Shown: positions 20,481 through 30,409 of the stretch, one piece after another
Layout of the letters: every line of letters begins with the position of its first letter
How positions within the stretch are numbered: position 1 is the stretch's first letter
Source of the DNA: a virus
Lineage: Duplodnaviria; Caudoviricetes
Direction: 5' to 3' (one strand)
Virus record (IMG/VR): IMGVR_UViG_3300030333_005663
Span: 1-56,405 of that record
Length of the DNA: 56,405 nucleotides
Notes under the pieces: model-generated
What the model was told of the DNA's origin: nothing
The model's input: only the letters and a program-made list of their open reading frames with translations
The model's database searches: none
Position numbers and translations under genes: made by a program

Positions 20481-20788
20481 GTGGCTAATATATCCTTATC
20501 TAATAAAGGTGGATCTCCCTTTAACCTAGGAATCACCTCTTCATTAATATCTACTCTTTTAATAGTTATAATAGGATGGTCTCCCTGTATGGGAGAGTTC
20601 CCTAACCTATAAAAAGATTGCCCACTAATTAAAGTATCTACAAATAAAGATTCTACAATGCCTGTAACAGAGCAAAATTCAGACTGAGCCCTATTTAGAG
20701 CTCTTCTAACTTCTTCTTCCAACATATGAGGGTGATGCCCTCTAATAAGTTCGATTAATTCTTGTTGTTTTAATGCTCCGTACGCCAT
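20477..20788 (-). CDS. Head-tail adaptor/ring protein, N-terminal-like half
   Basis: ELIELIR...EVRRALNRAQSEFC..TG...GQSFYRL pattern typical of adaptor N-termini. Confidence 0.5.
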   Translation of the reverse strand: MAYGALKQQELIELIRGHHPHMLEEEVRRALNRAQSEFCSVTGIVESLFVDTLISGQSFYRLGNSPIQGDHPIITIKRVDINEEVIPRLKGDPPLLDKDILAT

Positions 20789-21936
20789 TATACTTGCCCT
20801 GTTTCACGTTTTTGCTCTAAATTCTCACTCATAAATATATCACTATATAAACTTTCTACCAATCCTTTTTGTTGCTGATACCATTGATATCTTAAAACAA
20901 ATGATTGCTGCTCGGCATTCAACGAGCCAATTAAAGCTTGAGTCAACTCACTATCTTCCTCTTCTTCTACATAAAATCTAACACGTTCCCATCCATGAGA
21001 AGTATCAGCTGCTATAGAAGAACTGCTCAATGAAGCATAATCTACATTTTTAGGAAGGTCTTTTTGCATTGACATCATTCTGTGATTTAATAGCAAAGAT
21101 GCAACCTTTAATGCTACAGCCCTAATCAATAGGACTTCCATTACATATCTTCCTTCTGCTTTCATTGATTCAAAAGTAGTTTGATACCACATGTAATTTT
21201 CAGTAGTATTATTCTCATATTGCACATCTGGTATAAAAGTATGTGCAAAAGCTGCAATTTTTCTATGACCTATAGGAGCTCTAGCTCCATTAACACTATC
21301 ATCGCCTTTCTCTACTTCATTGTATACATCAACTATTTCTGTAAATTCGCCGCCTTCCACAGTATTTCTAACGACTGTAATTGAATTTGCTGGTTTTGCT
21401 AAATATGACAACTTAAAAAAGTGGTCACCCGCTGGAAAAGCGTGGAACTCCCCATCGTTAATAACCCAAATAGGAGTACTTTTTCTAACTTGAAATATAC
21501 TATTTGTATCAGAATATTCACCTATCTTATGCCAATCTCCTTTTACAGCAGCTCTACTATATGCAGGAGAAGATGTATAAAGAGTTACATTCTCTATTGA
21601 ATCGTAATTATTTTGATGAATATCTAAAGTTAATGGCATACTATTAGCTGATATAGATTGCTTATGACTAAGCATTCTTACCCTATTGCTTTCGCTGGAA
21701 AGAGCCCAAGCCTTAGTAAAAGTATCACTTACAGCTAATTGAGTCCATTGGTCCATTTGTTTACTTAATGAACCAGCACTATCCCATCCAACAAATGTAG
21801 GGAAATTGCCTTCTCCTTCGTAATCCTTTAAATAATACTCACCAGTACCAACTGTTAAGTCAAGGTCAGTATAATCTGCAACTCTCCCTGCTATCGAATC
21901 ATGTGATGTTCTGATATCTCCTAAGCCAAAAGGCAT
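20788..21936 (-). CDS. Neck/ring-like structural protein
   Basis: 382 aa; helix-beta-helix layout (TPIWVINDGEFHAFP, LLIRAVALK); lies between head and tail genes. Confidence 0.45.
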   Translation of the reverse strand: MPFGLGDIRTSHDSIAGRVADYTDLDLTVGTGEYYLKDYEGEGNFPTFVGWDSAGSLSKQMDQWTQLAVSDTFTKAWALSSESNRVRMLSHKQSISANSMPLTLDIHQNNYDSIENVTLYTSSPAYSRAAVKGDWHKIGEYSDTNSIFQVRKSTPIWVINDGEFHAFPAGDHFFKLSYLAKPANSITVVRNTVEGGEFTEIVDVYNEVEKGDDSVNGARAPIGHRKIAAFAHTFIPDVQYENNTTENYMWYQTTFESMKAEGRYVMEVLLIRAVALKVASLLLNHRMMSMQKDLPKNVDYASLSSSSIAADTSHGWERVRFYVEEEEDSELTQALIGSLNAEQQSFVLRYQWYQQQKGLVESLYSDIFMSENLEQKRETGQV

Positions 21937-21939
21937 TTA

Positions 21940-22041
21940 TTATCTTCTCCTACTTGCTCTTTTTTTAGTTCTTGTTTTGCCGTAAGACCTACGTCTACTT
22001 TTAGCTTTTAAACCCTTACGTTTTTTTCTTCTTTTAGCCAT
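21940..22041 (-). CDS. Protamine-like basic peptide (33 aa)
   Basis: MAKRRKKRKGLKAKSRRRSYGKTRTKKRASRRR (20 of 33 residues K/R); AGGAGG RBS; fills the gap between two structural genes. Confidence 0.7.
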   Translation of the reverse strand: MAKRRKKRKGLKAKSRRRSYGKTRTKKRASRRR

Positions 22042-22058
22042 TTTACCCTCCTAAGGTA

Positions 22059-22535
22059 TTACATTGGCACAATTGCCAATTTTATTTTTTTATTTAAATT
22101 CCAGGTTTCCCCAGTATTCATGTCCCATCCAAATTTAAACCTAAATCTCATTATATTTGCAGAACTAACTGCTCCTGAAGCCAAATCTATATCGGGTACT
22201 ATAGTGAAAACATGGTCTGGCAGTAGTGAAGTAAACATTTGATTAGCACTATAATCAGTTTCTGTCTCCACAACACCTGAAACAATAGCGGTGTTTTGTG
22301 CTTCTCCCGAAGGATCCCACTGCAAATCTATTGATACTCCTAAACTATCATTTGAGAGTCCCGTTCCCGATAAATCAACATCCAAATAATTAAATACAAA
22401 AGTAAATTCTCTGAAACTCTCTCCGAAATCAGAATAGTTAAACCAATCACTATATGAAGTAGCGCCTGTATCCGTCACTGGCGGAATAGTATGAGTGTCA
22501 TGATAAAACCCTTTAGTATCTTTTTCCCAGGCCAT
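22059..22535 (-). CDS. Putative head decoration / beta-sandwich protein 3
   Basis: 158 aa, all-beta pattern, IMRFRF strand. Confidence 0.5.
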   Translation of the reverse strand: MAWEKDTKGFYHDTHTIPPVTDTGATSYSDWFNYSDFGESFREFTFVFNYLDVDLSGTGLSNDSLGVSIDLQWDPSGEAQNTAIVSGVVETETDYSANQMFTSLLPDHVFTIVPDIDLASGAVSSANIMRFRFKFGWDMNTGETWNLNKKIKLAIVPM

Positions 22536-22963
22536 TATACCATATGGTGAGGTACTACAGTTAAATAAATATCTTCTTGTGCACTCGCACCTAAATTGCC
22601 ATCTGGATCTAGAGTGATTCTCATATGTGGAAATACTCCTTTGGTATCATAATCATAAACATGTACGCCTGTCTGAGCCCCTGAAGCCAATACATTAGCC
22701 TCCTCGTAAATCTCAAACCAAGTATCACCATCAACAGAAGCTTCAAATTTTACATCTACATTATTATCTGAATTATTTAGTGCGCCTGAACTAGTTAATC
22801 TATTTTCTAAAATAAGAGTAAAGTCTCCTTGCACAGCCCAATAAAATGGCTCTGTAGTAGTATCCGTAGATGCATTACTATACTCCATCTTACATTGATG
22901 CTTTACTCCCGTTCCTCCTAAGTCAGCTTTAGTCTTTAGCCATTTCCCTGCTGTTGCTGCCAT
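22535..22963 (-). CDS. Putative head decoration / beta-sandwich protein 2
   Basis: 142 aa; VKFEASVDGDTW and FPHMRITL jelly-roll-type motifs. Confidence 0.55.
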   Translation of the reverse strand: MAATAGKWLKTKADLGGTGVKHQCKMEYSNASTDTTTEPFYWAVQGDFTLILENRLTSSGALNNSDNNVDVKFEASVDGDTWFEIYEEANVLASGAQTGVHVYDYDTKGVFPHMRITLDPDGNLGASAQEDIYLTVVPHHMV

Positions 22964-22980
22964 TATTCTCTCCTTGTTAT

Positions 22981-23004
22981 ACTAGCCCTCCGAAGAGGGC
23001 TAGT
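22981..23004 (-). terminator. Perfect 10-bp hairpin with a cUUCGg tetraloop (terminator or mRNA-stabilising stem)
   Basis: Minus strand ACTAGCCCTC-TTCG-GAGGGCTAGT, right after the capsid-plus-one gene; no U-tract in the sense direction. Confidence 0.65.
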
Positions 23005-23013
23005 TATTATTTA

Positions 23014-23487
23014 CTATGATGGGTCTGCGCCTACTCCACCAATCGTCATTTTCGATTGAGAGAAGTTGTCAGATTTGTAAATCACATCCATAGCTGTAGT
23101 ATTTGCTGCAGTTCCACTAGCTCTAGAGAGACGAAGTCTCAAATAGGGCATAACAGTGTGGTTCGCATTAACATTATCTCCATATCCATAAAGATAGTTA
23201 GTTGATGCTGCTGCATCTGTATCAAGAGAAACTGAATAAGCACTTGTAAAAGTACTTTCGTCATCTTGATGCACATCTACAGTCACGTTGCCAATTGTGC
23301 CAGCTCCAAGTTGTAAACCAACCTTTACAGCTCCACCCTTAGCTAAATGATTTTTAACATCTGCTGGGAAGTCAGGAGTAGTAATTGTATCTGCTGCAGT
23401 TGTAGACCAAGTCTTACTGCAAGACCATTTTCTCCATCCATCACCCAATTCGGTTGCAGTCCATGCTGTTGTTGATAAATCAGCCAT
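23014..23487 (-). CDS. Putative capsid decoration / auxiliary capsid protein 1
   Basis: 157 aa, immediately after the MCP, AAGGAGG RBS; MPYLRLRL strand. Confidence 0.55.
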   Translation of the reverse strand: MADLSTTAWTATELGDGWRKWSCSKTWSTTAADTITTPDFPADVKNHLAKGGAVKVGLQLGAGTIGNVTVDVHQDDESTFTSAYSVSLDTDAAASTNYLYGYGDNVNANHTVMPYLRLRLSRASGTAANTTAMDVIYKSDNFSQSKMTIGGVGADPS

Positions 23488-23498
23488 TTTCTACCTCC

Positions 23499-24962
23499 TT
23501 AAGACCATTTCATGACAGCGTGTGTTTCTGGAAGTTGAATCTCAAGACCTGCCTCTGTTATGATTTGGTCTTTTCTTCCATCAACATCGTTATCCTGAAT
23601 GTTGGTTTCAATAAAAGTATCTCTGTTAATACCATTGCCAGCTAGTGGTCGATACGCTACATTTTTCATATCTACACCAACGCAATAGTTTTCCCAAGGA
23701 CCTCTAAGTAATGGGTCTGCAATAAAATGCAAATTACCATAAATAGTATTAACCTTAGTAACCATATGTCCAAAGCTACCTTTGATATTTTGAACATCTA
23801 GTCTATACTGGTCTGAGCCAACTGAATTGTTCAAGAAAGAACCTTGACCTAATTTATTTAGGTAAGTAATTACTTTTCTTGAAGCAAGTACTAGTTTGTT
23901 CCCAGAATTACCGCCTTCAGGTGCAAAGAAATCTTCCATTGCATCTAAGAAAGCATCGTATCCAGAAGAAGCATAGCTAAAGCTATAAACTTTACCGTTG
24001 TTCTCTGTGTAAGGAAGAATCCCATGAGTAGTTCTAAGTGGAGCTCCTGTACCATCAGTAGCAGCACCTGCAGCTGCACCATTTGGATGTCCTACACCAA
24101 ATAAAAATGCATGCTCTAGGTCCATTTTATGTTCCATAAGCTTCTCTGTCCATACTCTTTGATACTCATTAGCTATACCTCTATACTTAGTAGCCATAGC
24201 TGTACCAGAGAATAAGTTAATTGCAGTCTTAAATATCTGCGTATAACCTTCTCTGTCAAATAGAGAATCTTCCCAACCAACTGGAGCTTTAGTTCCTTCA
24301 GCAAATGCACTACCAATCACTTGACCTTTATCACCTGGGGCGACAACAGAGTCTTGAGCTAGTGTATCTACTACTTGTAAAGCTTCAGATGATATAGTTG
24401 TAATTCCTGCATCAGTCTCGTGATAAACTACTAACGCTGTATCAGTCACTACTGTATTATCACTATCAGCTACTGCTGTTGCGTAGTCTTCAGTTGCATG
24501 TCTTACTACCACTGCACTTGGGTTAATTCGAAGTTTTGCAACTCCTTGATCTGTTTTAACAGCTATCACTTGGCCAGGTAGTATAAAATCACATGTTTTA
24601 GCTGTATCTGAAATTCTACCATCATTTGTATAAAAACATGATATATGTAGGTTTTCATTAGCTGCTAATGTGTTAACGCTTCCACCTGCTATTTCTCCTG
24701 CATCAGCCAGTGTATCTCCTAGAGCTGCCGCTATTTGGAAATTTCTTCGCTGCCATTGATGTCGCTGTTCTAGAAATTTAAATACTGGGTCGTCTGTAGG
24801 CTTTTTAGCTACCTTGCTTAAGTACACAAAAAATGGACTTTGCTGAGGAGCTAATTCGGCGATTCTTTCCCCGAAGTTAAACATCCTTCGGTTATCATTA
24901 ATCCCGATACCTTGTGGCGCCGCACCAGTACTATTACTGTATGGTCCTGTATAATCTGCCAT
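23499..24962 (-). CDS. Major capsid protein (HK97 fold)
   Basis: 487 aa, follows the scaffold gene; motifs SPFFVYL, FKFLEQ, YTQIFKT, MDLEHAFLFG, DGRKDQIITEAGLE. Confidence 0.85.
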   Translation of the reverse strand: MADYTGPYSNSTGAAPQGIGINDNRRMFNFGERIAELAPQQSPFFVYLSKVAKKPTDDPVFKFLEQRHQWQRRNFQIAAALGDTLADAGEIAGGSVNTLAANENLHISCFYTNDGRISDTAKTCDFILPGQVIAVKTDQGVAKLRINPSAVVVRHATEDYATAVADSDNTVVTDTALVVYHETDAGITTISSEALQVVDTLAQDSVVAPGDKGQVIGSAFAEGTKAPVGWEDSLFDREGYTQIFKTAINLFSGTAMATKYRGIANEYQRVWTEKLMEHKMDLEHAFLFGVGHPNGAAAGAATDGTGAPLRTTHGILPYTENNGKVYSFSYASSGYDAFLDAMEDFFAPEGGNSGNKLVLASRKVITYLNKLGQGSFLNNSVGSDQYRLDVQNIKGSFGHMVTKVNTIYGNLHFIADPLLRGPWENYCVGVDMKNVAYRPLAGNGINRDTFIETNIQDNDVDGRKDQIITEAGLEIQLPETHAVMKWS

Positions 24963-24987
24963 CGGTTTTTACCTCTTACCTTTCCCT

Positions 24988-25896
24988 TTACCAGGGGTTA
25001 TTTTTTTTATAATTGTTTAACATACTGTCCATAATCTGGTCTTCATCTGATTTGTTTGTTTCTCCACCAGATGAAGGCATGACACCCATAGGAGAGGGAA
25101 CTTGCTGAGCATTAGCTGTTTGCTGAAATGCTGGGCTAGGTTCCTGAGAAACTGGATTCTGCGTACTTCCTGCAGAATTTTTCATTCTCCATAACTGAAC
25201 CAAATTATCCATAGACAATGATTTTGGGTCAGACATCTCTTGCATGAATTGTTGAGACTCTTCAGCTGTTAAACCATAATGTCCTTGAACATATTGGTCT
25301 ATTTCTTGAGCTTGTCGTTGCTGTTGCATCATAGCTTCTCGCTGTTTTATTTCTTTTTGGCGATTTGCCTCAATAGCATCTACGCGTTCTTGAACTATAG
25401 CTGCTTGATATTCGTTCTTCAATGAATTATATTCATCCATCTCAGCCCTCCAATCATCTTGAGCATCTAAATATCTTGCACTTTCGCTGTCTGGATCATT
25501 ATACGCCTCGCTTCTACTAAAGTTACGTGGCCTTGCGGGTCTTTCAGGTGGTGGAGGAAACGATTCCATGCTTGGAGCAGGCTCTTCAGCTACAGGTTGT
25601 TGAACCTGTTGTGGCGGAGGTGCCTGATTCTGCATTTGATTTAATTGATTTTGCAACTTATCAGCTCTAGATTGCCAATATTGATATCTTTTCTCATCAT
25701 TGCTTGGGTCAACCTGCTGAGGTTGTTCAACTGTTTCTTCCGTCGAGGGTTGTCCTTCTACTGGAGCCTCTTCCTGAGTTCCAAAAAATGCATCCTCTAC
25801 AGACAAATTCTCTGAAGAGCCCTCTCCGAATGGTTCAACTTGTTGAAAGCCTTCCTGCTCTTGAGGGGTATCTTGTGTGTTTTGCTGTTCTGTCAT
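24988..25896 (-). CDS. Capsid scaffolding protein
   Basis: Acidic, Q/P-rich coiled coil (YQYWQSRADK) between portal and MCP. Confidence 0.75.
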   Translation of the reverse strand: MTEQQNTQDTPQEQEGFQQVEPFGEGSSENLSVEDAFFGTQEEAPVEGQPSTEETVEQPQQVDPSNDEKRYQYWQSRADKLQNQLNQMQNQAPPPQQVQQPVAEEPAPSMESFPPPPERPARPRNFSRSEAYNDPDSESARYLDAQDDWRAEMDEYNSLKNEYQAAIVQERVDAIEANRQKEIKQREAMMQQQRQAQEIDQYVQGHYGLTAEESQQFMQEMSDPKSLSMDNLVQLWRMKNSAGSTQNPVSQEPSPAFQQTANAQQVPSPMGVMPSSGGETNKSDEDQIMDSMLNNYKKNNPW

Positions 25897-28103
25897 TTTT
25901 TCTTTCCTTTACTTTTGCTTGCCTTGTCATCGGGTGAAGCGGTGTCTTTGATAGCATTAGCTACCTCGTTTTTTATATTAGAGAAAGTGTCGTCCAATCG
26001 CTTTTCAAATACGGTGCCTGCGGCTTTTGCTTTGTTGGCGACTTGGTCAAGTTTCCCTTTTGTTTTCTCAACTTCAACCTTCTTACGTAGATTGACAGAT
26101 TCTCTGTCTCTAGTTTGAAGGTCTCCTCTGAGTTTCTTGTTCTCTTCAGTAGCTTGTTTTAATTGGTTTTGAAGTTGTTGTACTAAATCAGTTCTTTGCA
26201 TAACACCTTCAATGTCATAGACTTCAGTCTTCTTAAGAACCTCTTGTCTATCAATGATACCCTTAGAGAAAGCATCCATATGGAACTCTAACTCAGCATA
26301 TCTATTAGAAGGTAATGTGCTACCAGCTACTACGATAACATCGTATAAGCCAGTGCCGACATCATTTAGCACTTCGATTTCGCCACTTTTATCATTTACA
26401 AGCCTCTTGTTGATAACATACTCATTTATTGAGTTATTAGGGTTGACGATCCTAAAAATCTTTTCCTGTGTATATAATTGCTGTATCAAAGGTATGGCTA
26501 CTTGGCCTACTCTGGTTAGTCCAGCCTCAATATCAGCTAATTTTGACTTCATTTTTCTTTGCCCAAACTCATCTATAGATATAGTTGCTTTATAAGTTTG
26601 AGGCGCTGCTTGAGCATTTCCCATCATCATTTCATATAAGCCTAATTGATGATCAATATCATTCTTAGCAGTCATTTCGTTTTGATATAATTCGTTTGGC
26701 AACGGAGATGGTTGCACAGGTACAGGAGGCCCATCAGTCGGGTCATACGGTATTGCTACTCCTGGCTGCGCCCATTTCTGTTCAAATTCCTTCATATCAA
26801 CACTTCCATCAGGAACTAGTATCTTCGTATTAGTACTAGTAGTCGCATGAGCTATTATTAAAGAACGAGTTTTATTAATATACTCTTGCGTTCCTTTTAC
26901 CATCCTTACATCGCTAGTAGGGAATGGTGTCCTTGTATGAATATTCATAAAGGGAACAATAGGATACCTATCAATTGGTAAAATCCTGCTAAATAAATAT
27001 TTATCGCCTACGATAACGCACATCTTAATACGACAAACATTTACTTGCACTACCTGGATTTGCCCTTGTTCTACCAGATCCTTATATGTGATCTGCTGTA
27101 TCTGAGGTTCAGGAGGGTCTGGTGGGAGGGCGTCGGGGCCGTATCCCAATTGAGCCATCTCCTGTCTCTGCTGTTGCATCTGCATCATGGCTTGTTGCTG
27201 TAGCTGCTGTATAACAGCCTCAACCTTTGCTCGGTCAGTAAAGATTTGACCCTCAACTACCCAAGCTGGTTTTTGTATATACAATTGATAGGCATCCTCT
27301 TCAAGCATTTCCTCTTTTCCAGAGAATTTTTCAAATACTCGATATCTATCTACTTGTACTTTTTCATATCTTTCATATCCACGTATATACTCTTGATTAG
27401 GCATAGTCCCCACATCTTCAGGGAATATGACAGAATTACTCTCATCTGAACGCCCAGTACTTGGCATATCGTGACTTTGACTAAAGTTACCTACTCCAGC
27501 ATTCTTAATTGCCTTTTCGTACATAGGCCAAAGTTTTTTAGCCTGTTCTCTAGTATATAGCTTTGAAATAATTATGTTTTCAGCATCATCCAAAAATCTA
27601 TGACGACTATTAGGGTCGACATATACGTCTAATGGGTCAACATCTTGTATGCAGACTTCGCCTTTTCCGTTATCTTTCATAGGGTCTTGGAAACATTGTA
27701 TATATCCTACCCCGCAAGTATAATAATCATCAACACATTGTCTAATAACCTGTCTACCATCTGACTGGTCGTATATAAACGACAAAAGCGCACTCATAAC
27801 CTGAGCTACTTTGTTATCAGAGTCTTCTCTAGCTGCGCACCTAAATGAAGGACGGTTAGCAGTTAGCATAGCTTTTGCTGCTTCTACCGCAGGATGTATT
27901 CGATTAACAACGATAGGAGCTTGACCCCTAGCCTTTAAAATGTCAGCCTGTTCTTGGGTCCACTGCCTACCTAATCTAAACTCTTTATCTTCTTTAACAT
28001 TCCTTGCCCACATGTCTCTTTCGGAACTATAAGTCCTAAAAAGCTCGTGAGTTTCTTCAACTAGTTTTTTGTAGCTTTTTGTGTCTTTTTTGCTGTACGC
28101 CAT
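25893..28103 (-). CDS. Portal protein (P22-like)
   Basis: 736 aa; GRQWT...RGQAPIVVNRIHP, VYVDP, YPIVPF and QEYINK motifs. Confidence 0.9.
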   Translation of the reverse strand: MAYSKKDTKSYKKLVEETHELFRTYSSERDMWARNVKEDKEFRLGRQWTQEQADILKARGQAPIVVNRIHPAVEAAKAMLTANRPSFRCAAREDSDNKVAQVMSALLSFIYDQSDGRQVIRQCVDDYYTCGVGYIQCFQDPMKDNGKGEVCIQDVDPLDVYVDPNSRHRFLDDAENIIISKLYTREQAKKLWPMYEKAIKNAGVGNFSQSHDMPSTGRSDESNSVIFPEDVGTMPNQEYIRGYERYEKVQVDRYRVFEKFSGKEEMLEEDAYQLYIQKPAWVVEGQIFTDRAKVEAVIQQLQQQAMMQMQQQRQEMAQLGYGPDALPPDPPEPQIQQITYKDLVEQGQIQVVQVNVCRIKMCVIVGDKYLFSRILPIDRYPIVPFMNIHTRTPFPTSDVRMVKGTQEYINKTRSLIIAHATTSTNTKILVPDGSVDMKEFEQKWAQPGVAIPYDPTDGPPVPVQPSPLPNELYQNEMTAKNDIDHQLGLYEMMMGNAQAAPQTYKATISIDEFGQRKMKSKLADIEAGLTRVGQVAIPLIQQLYTQEKIFRIVNPNNSINEYVINKRLVNDKSGEIEVLNDVGTGLYDVIVVAGSTLPSNRYAELEFHMDAFSKGIIDRQEVLKKTEVYDIEGVMQRTDLVQQLQNQLKQATEENKKLRGDLQTRDRESVNLRKKVEVEKTKGKLDQVANKAKAAGTVFEKRLDDTFSNIKNEVANAIKDTASPDDKASKSKGKKK

Positions 28104-28119
28104 CAGCCTAATATAACTC

Positions 28120-29622
28120 CTACATTGTCATCCAATCAAGGATTTTCTTTATTTTGTTGTCTTTTACTATATTTGGGTCAAAATCTTCTTCAGAAAGACG
28201 GCAAGGTTTAGCTCCTTCTAAAGCTGTCCACACCGCATCCATAACATCATCATGCTGGCCTTTAGGATATGATAAAAACTCCTGCTGAGCTGCTATATCT
28301 TCAGGTCTAAAATGGAATTGCTGTCTTGCAAACATGGGTACTAATGAGAGGAGTCTTTCTGATTTTTTTGTTCTAGGCTTAACACCAGCCTCTAACCCTG
28401 GAATATATAGGTCCTCTTCTCTCATTAGTTCCCTTGTACCAGTTCTTAACGCTTCTTGATACCCTGTTGTTTCAACTTTAACTCTTCGTGGTCTATATTT
28501 TTTGTAATAATCAATAATCTTCTTAGGTTGCAAAGACGGATTAATTCTTTCTCTAAATATATCGACAACGTATTTATTGTTTTCATTGTCCACTCCTATG
28601 ATTGCAATAACAAAAAAGTCAGCTCTAATAGATAAACTACTAGCTGGATCTACTCCTGCATATATTTCAATAGGAATAATCTTCTTTTCATCCCCTAAGT
28701 CTTGAACTAAGCAATTCTGACCATTGATTCGCTCGTAGTCATAATGATGCATTTTTACCCATTCAGGTTTAAACGGAGCAGAATCGGGGGATTGTGCAAT
28801 ATTCATGTATTCTTGATAGAATCCGTTGATATTACCTATACTTGCGAACTCATCTTTTATCTGAAGTATCCTCTTTTTAGGGAATCTTTCAGGCCAAAGG
28901 CTCTTTTCGTTCTCATCCCATATAGCATACCAAAGTACATGCCAAGCTTTTGACTCTTTTATCCAATAAAGAAAGCAATCTTCTGATATAACAGTCCCAA
29001 TCATCGCGATTTTGCCGTCATCAGACAATGACGGAATAACCGCTTCGGTCATCCACTTCTTGTTTTTAGCTCTAGCTTCTGGTGTATTAGCATTAAGCTC
29101 TGATTCAAAGTCATCCACTATAATAAGATTGGGACGAGTATCTCCTTGTAGGAATCCTCTAACTCGCTGACCTGTTCCAACAGCTACAATACGAGTGTTA
29201 TTGGCTAAGATTATATCTGTGTGGGTCCATCTACTAGCAGTTTCACTACCTAAATTGCCAAAAAGCTCATGAAACATCTTTGAATTATCTAAGTGATATT
29301 TAATACGACTAAGGAAGTTTATGGACTGAGCTTGCGATTCTGAGATAATTACTATAAAAAGGTCTTCATTGCTCTTTTTAAATGCTGCTCTCCACAAAGG
29401 ATATACGAGTGTGGTTGTGGTGCTTTTCGCAGTTCCACGAGGAGCGGCTATTGCTACTCTACGTTTTTGACCTGCTAAGGATGAATATACTTCCGAATGG
29501 AAGGGAGGTATCTCTTTATGGAGAGCTGTTGGAAAGCAAGTACGCCCAAAAAGGGCCATATTGTGATATAATTTACTTAATACTTGTTTCTGCGCATATT
29601 GTTGTTCATAGTCACTCATCAC
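28120..29622 (-). CDS. terL: Terminase large subunit
   Basis: Walker A PRGTAKST, Walker B IIVDDFE, nuclease motifs GVDPA and HDDVMDA. Confidence 0.93.
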   Translation of the reverse strand: MMSDYEQQYAQKQVLSKLYHNMALFGRTCFPTALHKEIPPFHSEVYSSLAGQKRRVAIAAPRGTAKSTTTTLVYPLWRAAFKKSNEDLFIVIISESQAQSINFLSRIKYHLDNSKMFHELFGNLGSETASRWTHTDIILANNTRIVAVGTGQRVRGFLQGDTRPNLIIVDDFESELNANTPEARAKNKKWMTEAVIPSLSDDGKIAMIGTVISEDCFLYWIKESKAWHVLWYAIWDENEKSLWPERFPKKRILQIKDEFASIGNINGFYQEYMNIAQSPDSAPFKPEWVKMHHYDYERINGQNCLVQDLGDEKKIIPIEIYAGVDPASSLSIRADFFVIAIIGVDNENNKYVVDIFRERINPSLQPKKIIDYYKKYRPRRVKVETTGYQEALRTGTRELMREEDLYIPGLEAGVKPRTKKSERLLSLVPMFARQQFHFRPEDIAAQQEFLSYPKGQHDDVMDAVWTALEGAKPCRLSEEDFDPNIVKDNKIKKILDWMTM

Positions 29623-30409
29623 TACTTTCAGTTATTCTTTCTATACCTATTGCCTTTTCTTCCTCTATAATCTCATCTAAAAGCTTAGTACTAGAAGTTG
29701 CCTCTAATTTCTCTGTAGTTTTGACTAAATGCTTATCTTTCATACCATGCATATCCTGTAAGTTTTCTACAGCTCTCATTAGACTCGGGACGTCTTTCTT
29801 GTCCTTAGCCATAGATATAGCTGTTTCCAATAGGTCTAAGGTATAATCCTCAGTCATATTATGGTCTTGAAGACGTTTAGCTAATTCTTCTCTTTTCATG
29901 CTTTGAAATACCTCCGATTTCATTGTTCTTTTCCATTTTCTACGCTCCCAGTCCTTGATGTTCTTCCCTAGTACCTCATCAATTACTTTATCGGGATGCG
30001 CAAAATGTGCTGCCGCCATAGCTAAATCTCGCATGATTTGGCTATTTTTATGTGCTTCTATATAACTTTTACCACTTAAGGTCGTATTAGTCTTTCTACC
30101 AGCTGCATTAAGAGGCTTACCGCTGTACTTAGGATTAAAAAAGGTATAACCCCAAGCAAAGCGAATATAGTCCATAGGTTTACCTTTTGGCTTGTAAGTT
30201 TTCCTTTTGATAACCCGTGACACATACCCATCATCGCTAGCCCCATACTCGCCTTCCTGGGCTTCTTTCCAATGTTTATAGGGGATTTTTTGCTCATTTG
30301 CCTCCTCAAGTGAAAAGACGTCGTATACTTTCGCACCGACGTCTTTATGTTTAATTGTTATAGTATACAAACTCTTATCTGTTAGGATCGTACATGGTCG
30401 TAGGTTCAC
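29612..30409 (-). CDS. Putative terminase small subunit
   Basis: Directly upstream of and overlapping terL; C-terminal helical segment (LDLLETAISMAK...AVENLQDMHGM). Confidence 0.5.
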   Translation of the reverse strand: MNLRPCTILTDKSLYTITIKHKDVGAKVYDVFSLEEANEQKIPYKHWKEAQEGEYGASDDGYVSRVIKRKTYKPKGKPMDYIRFAWGYTFFNPKYSGKPLNAAGRKTNTTLSGKSYIEAHKNSQIMRDLAMAAAHFAHPDKVIDEVLGKNIKDWERRKWKRTMKSEVFQSMKREELAKRLQDHNMTEDYTLDLLETAISMAKDKKDVPSLMRAVENLQDMHGMKDKHLVKTTEKLEATSSTKLLDEIIEEEKAIGIERITESSDE

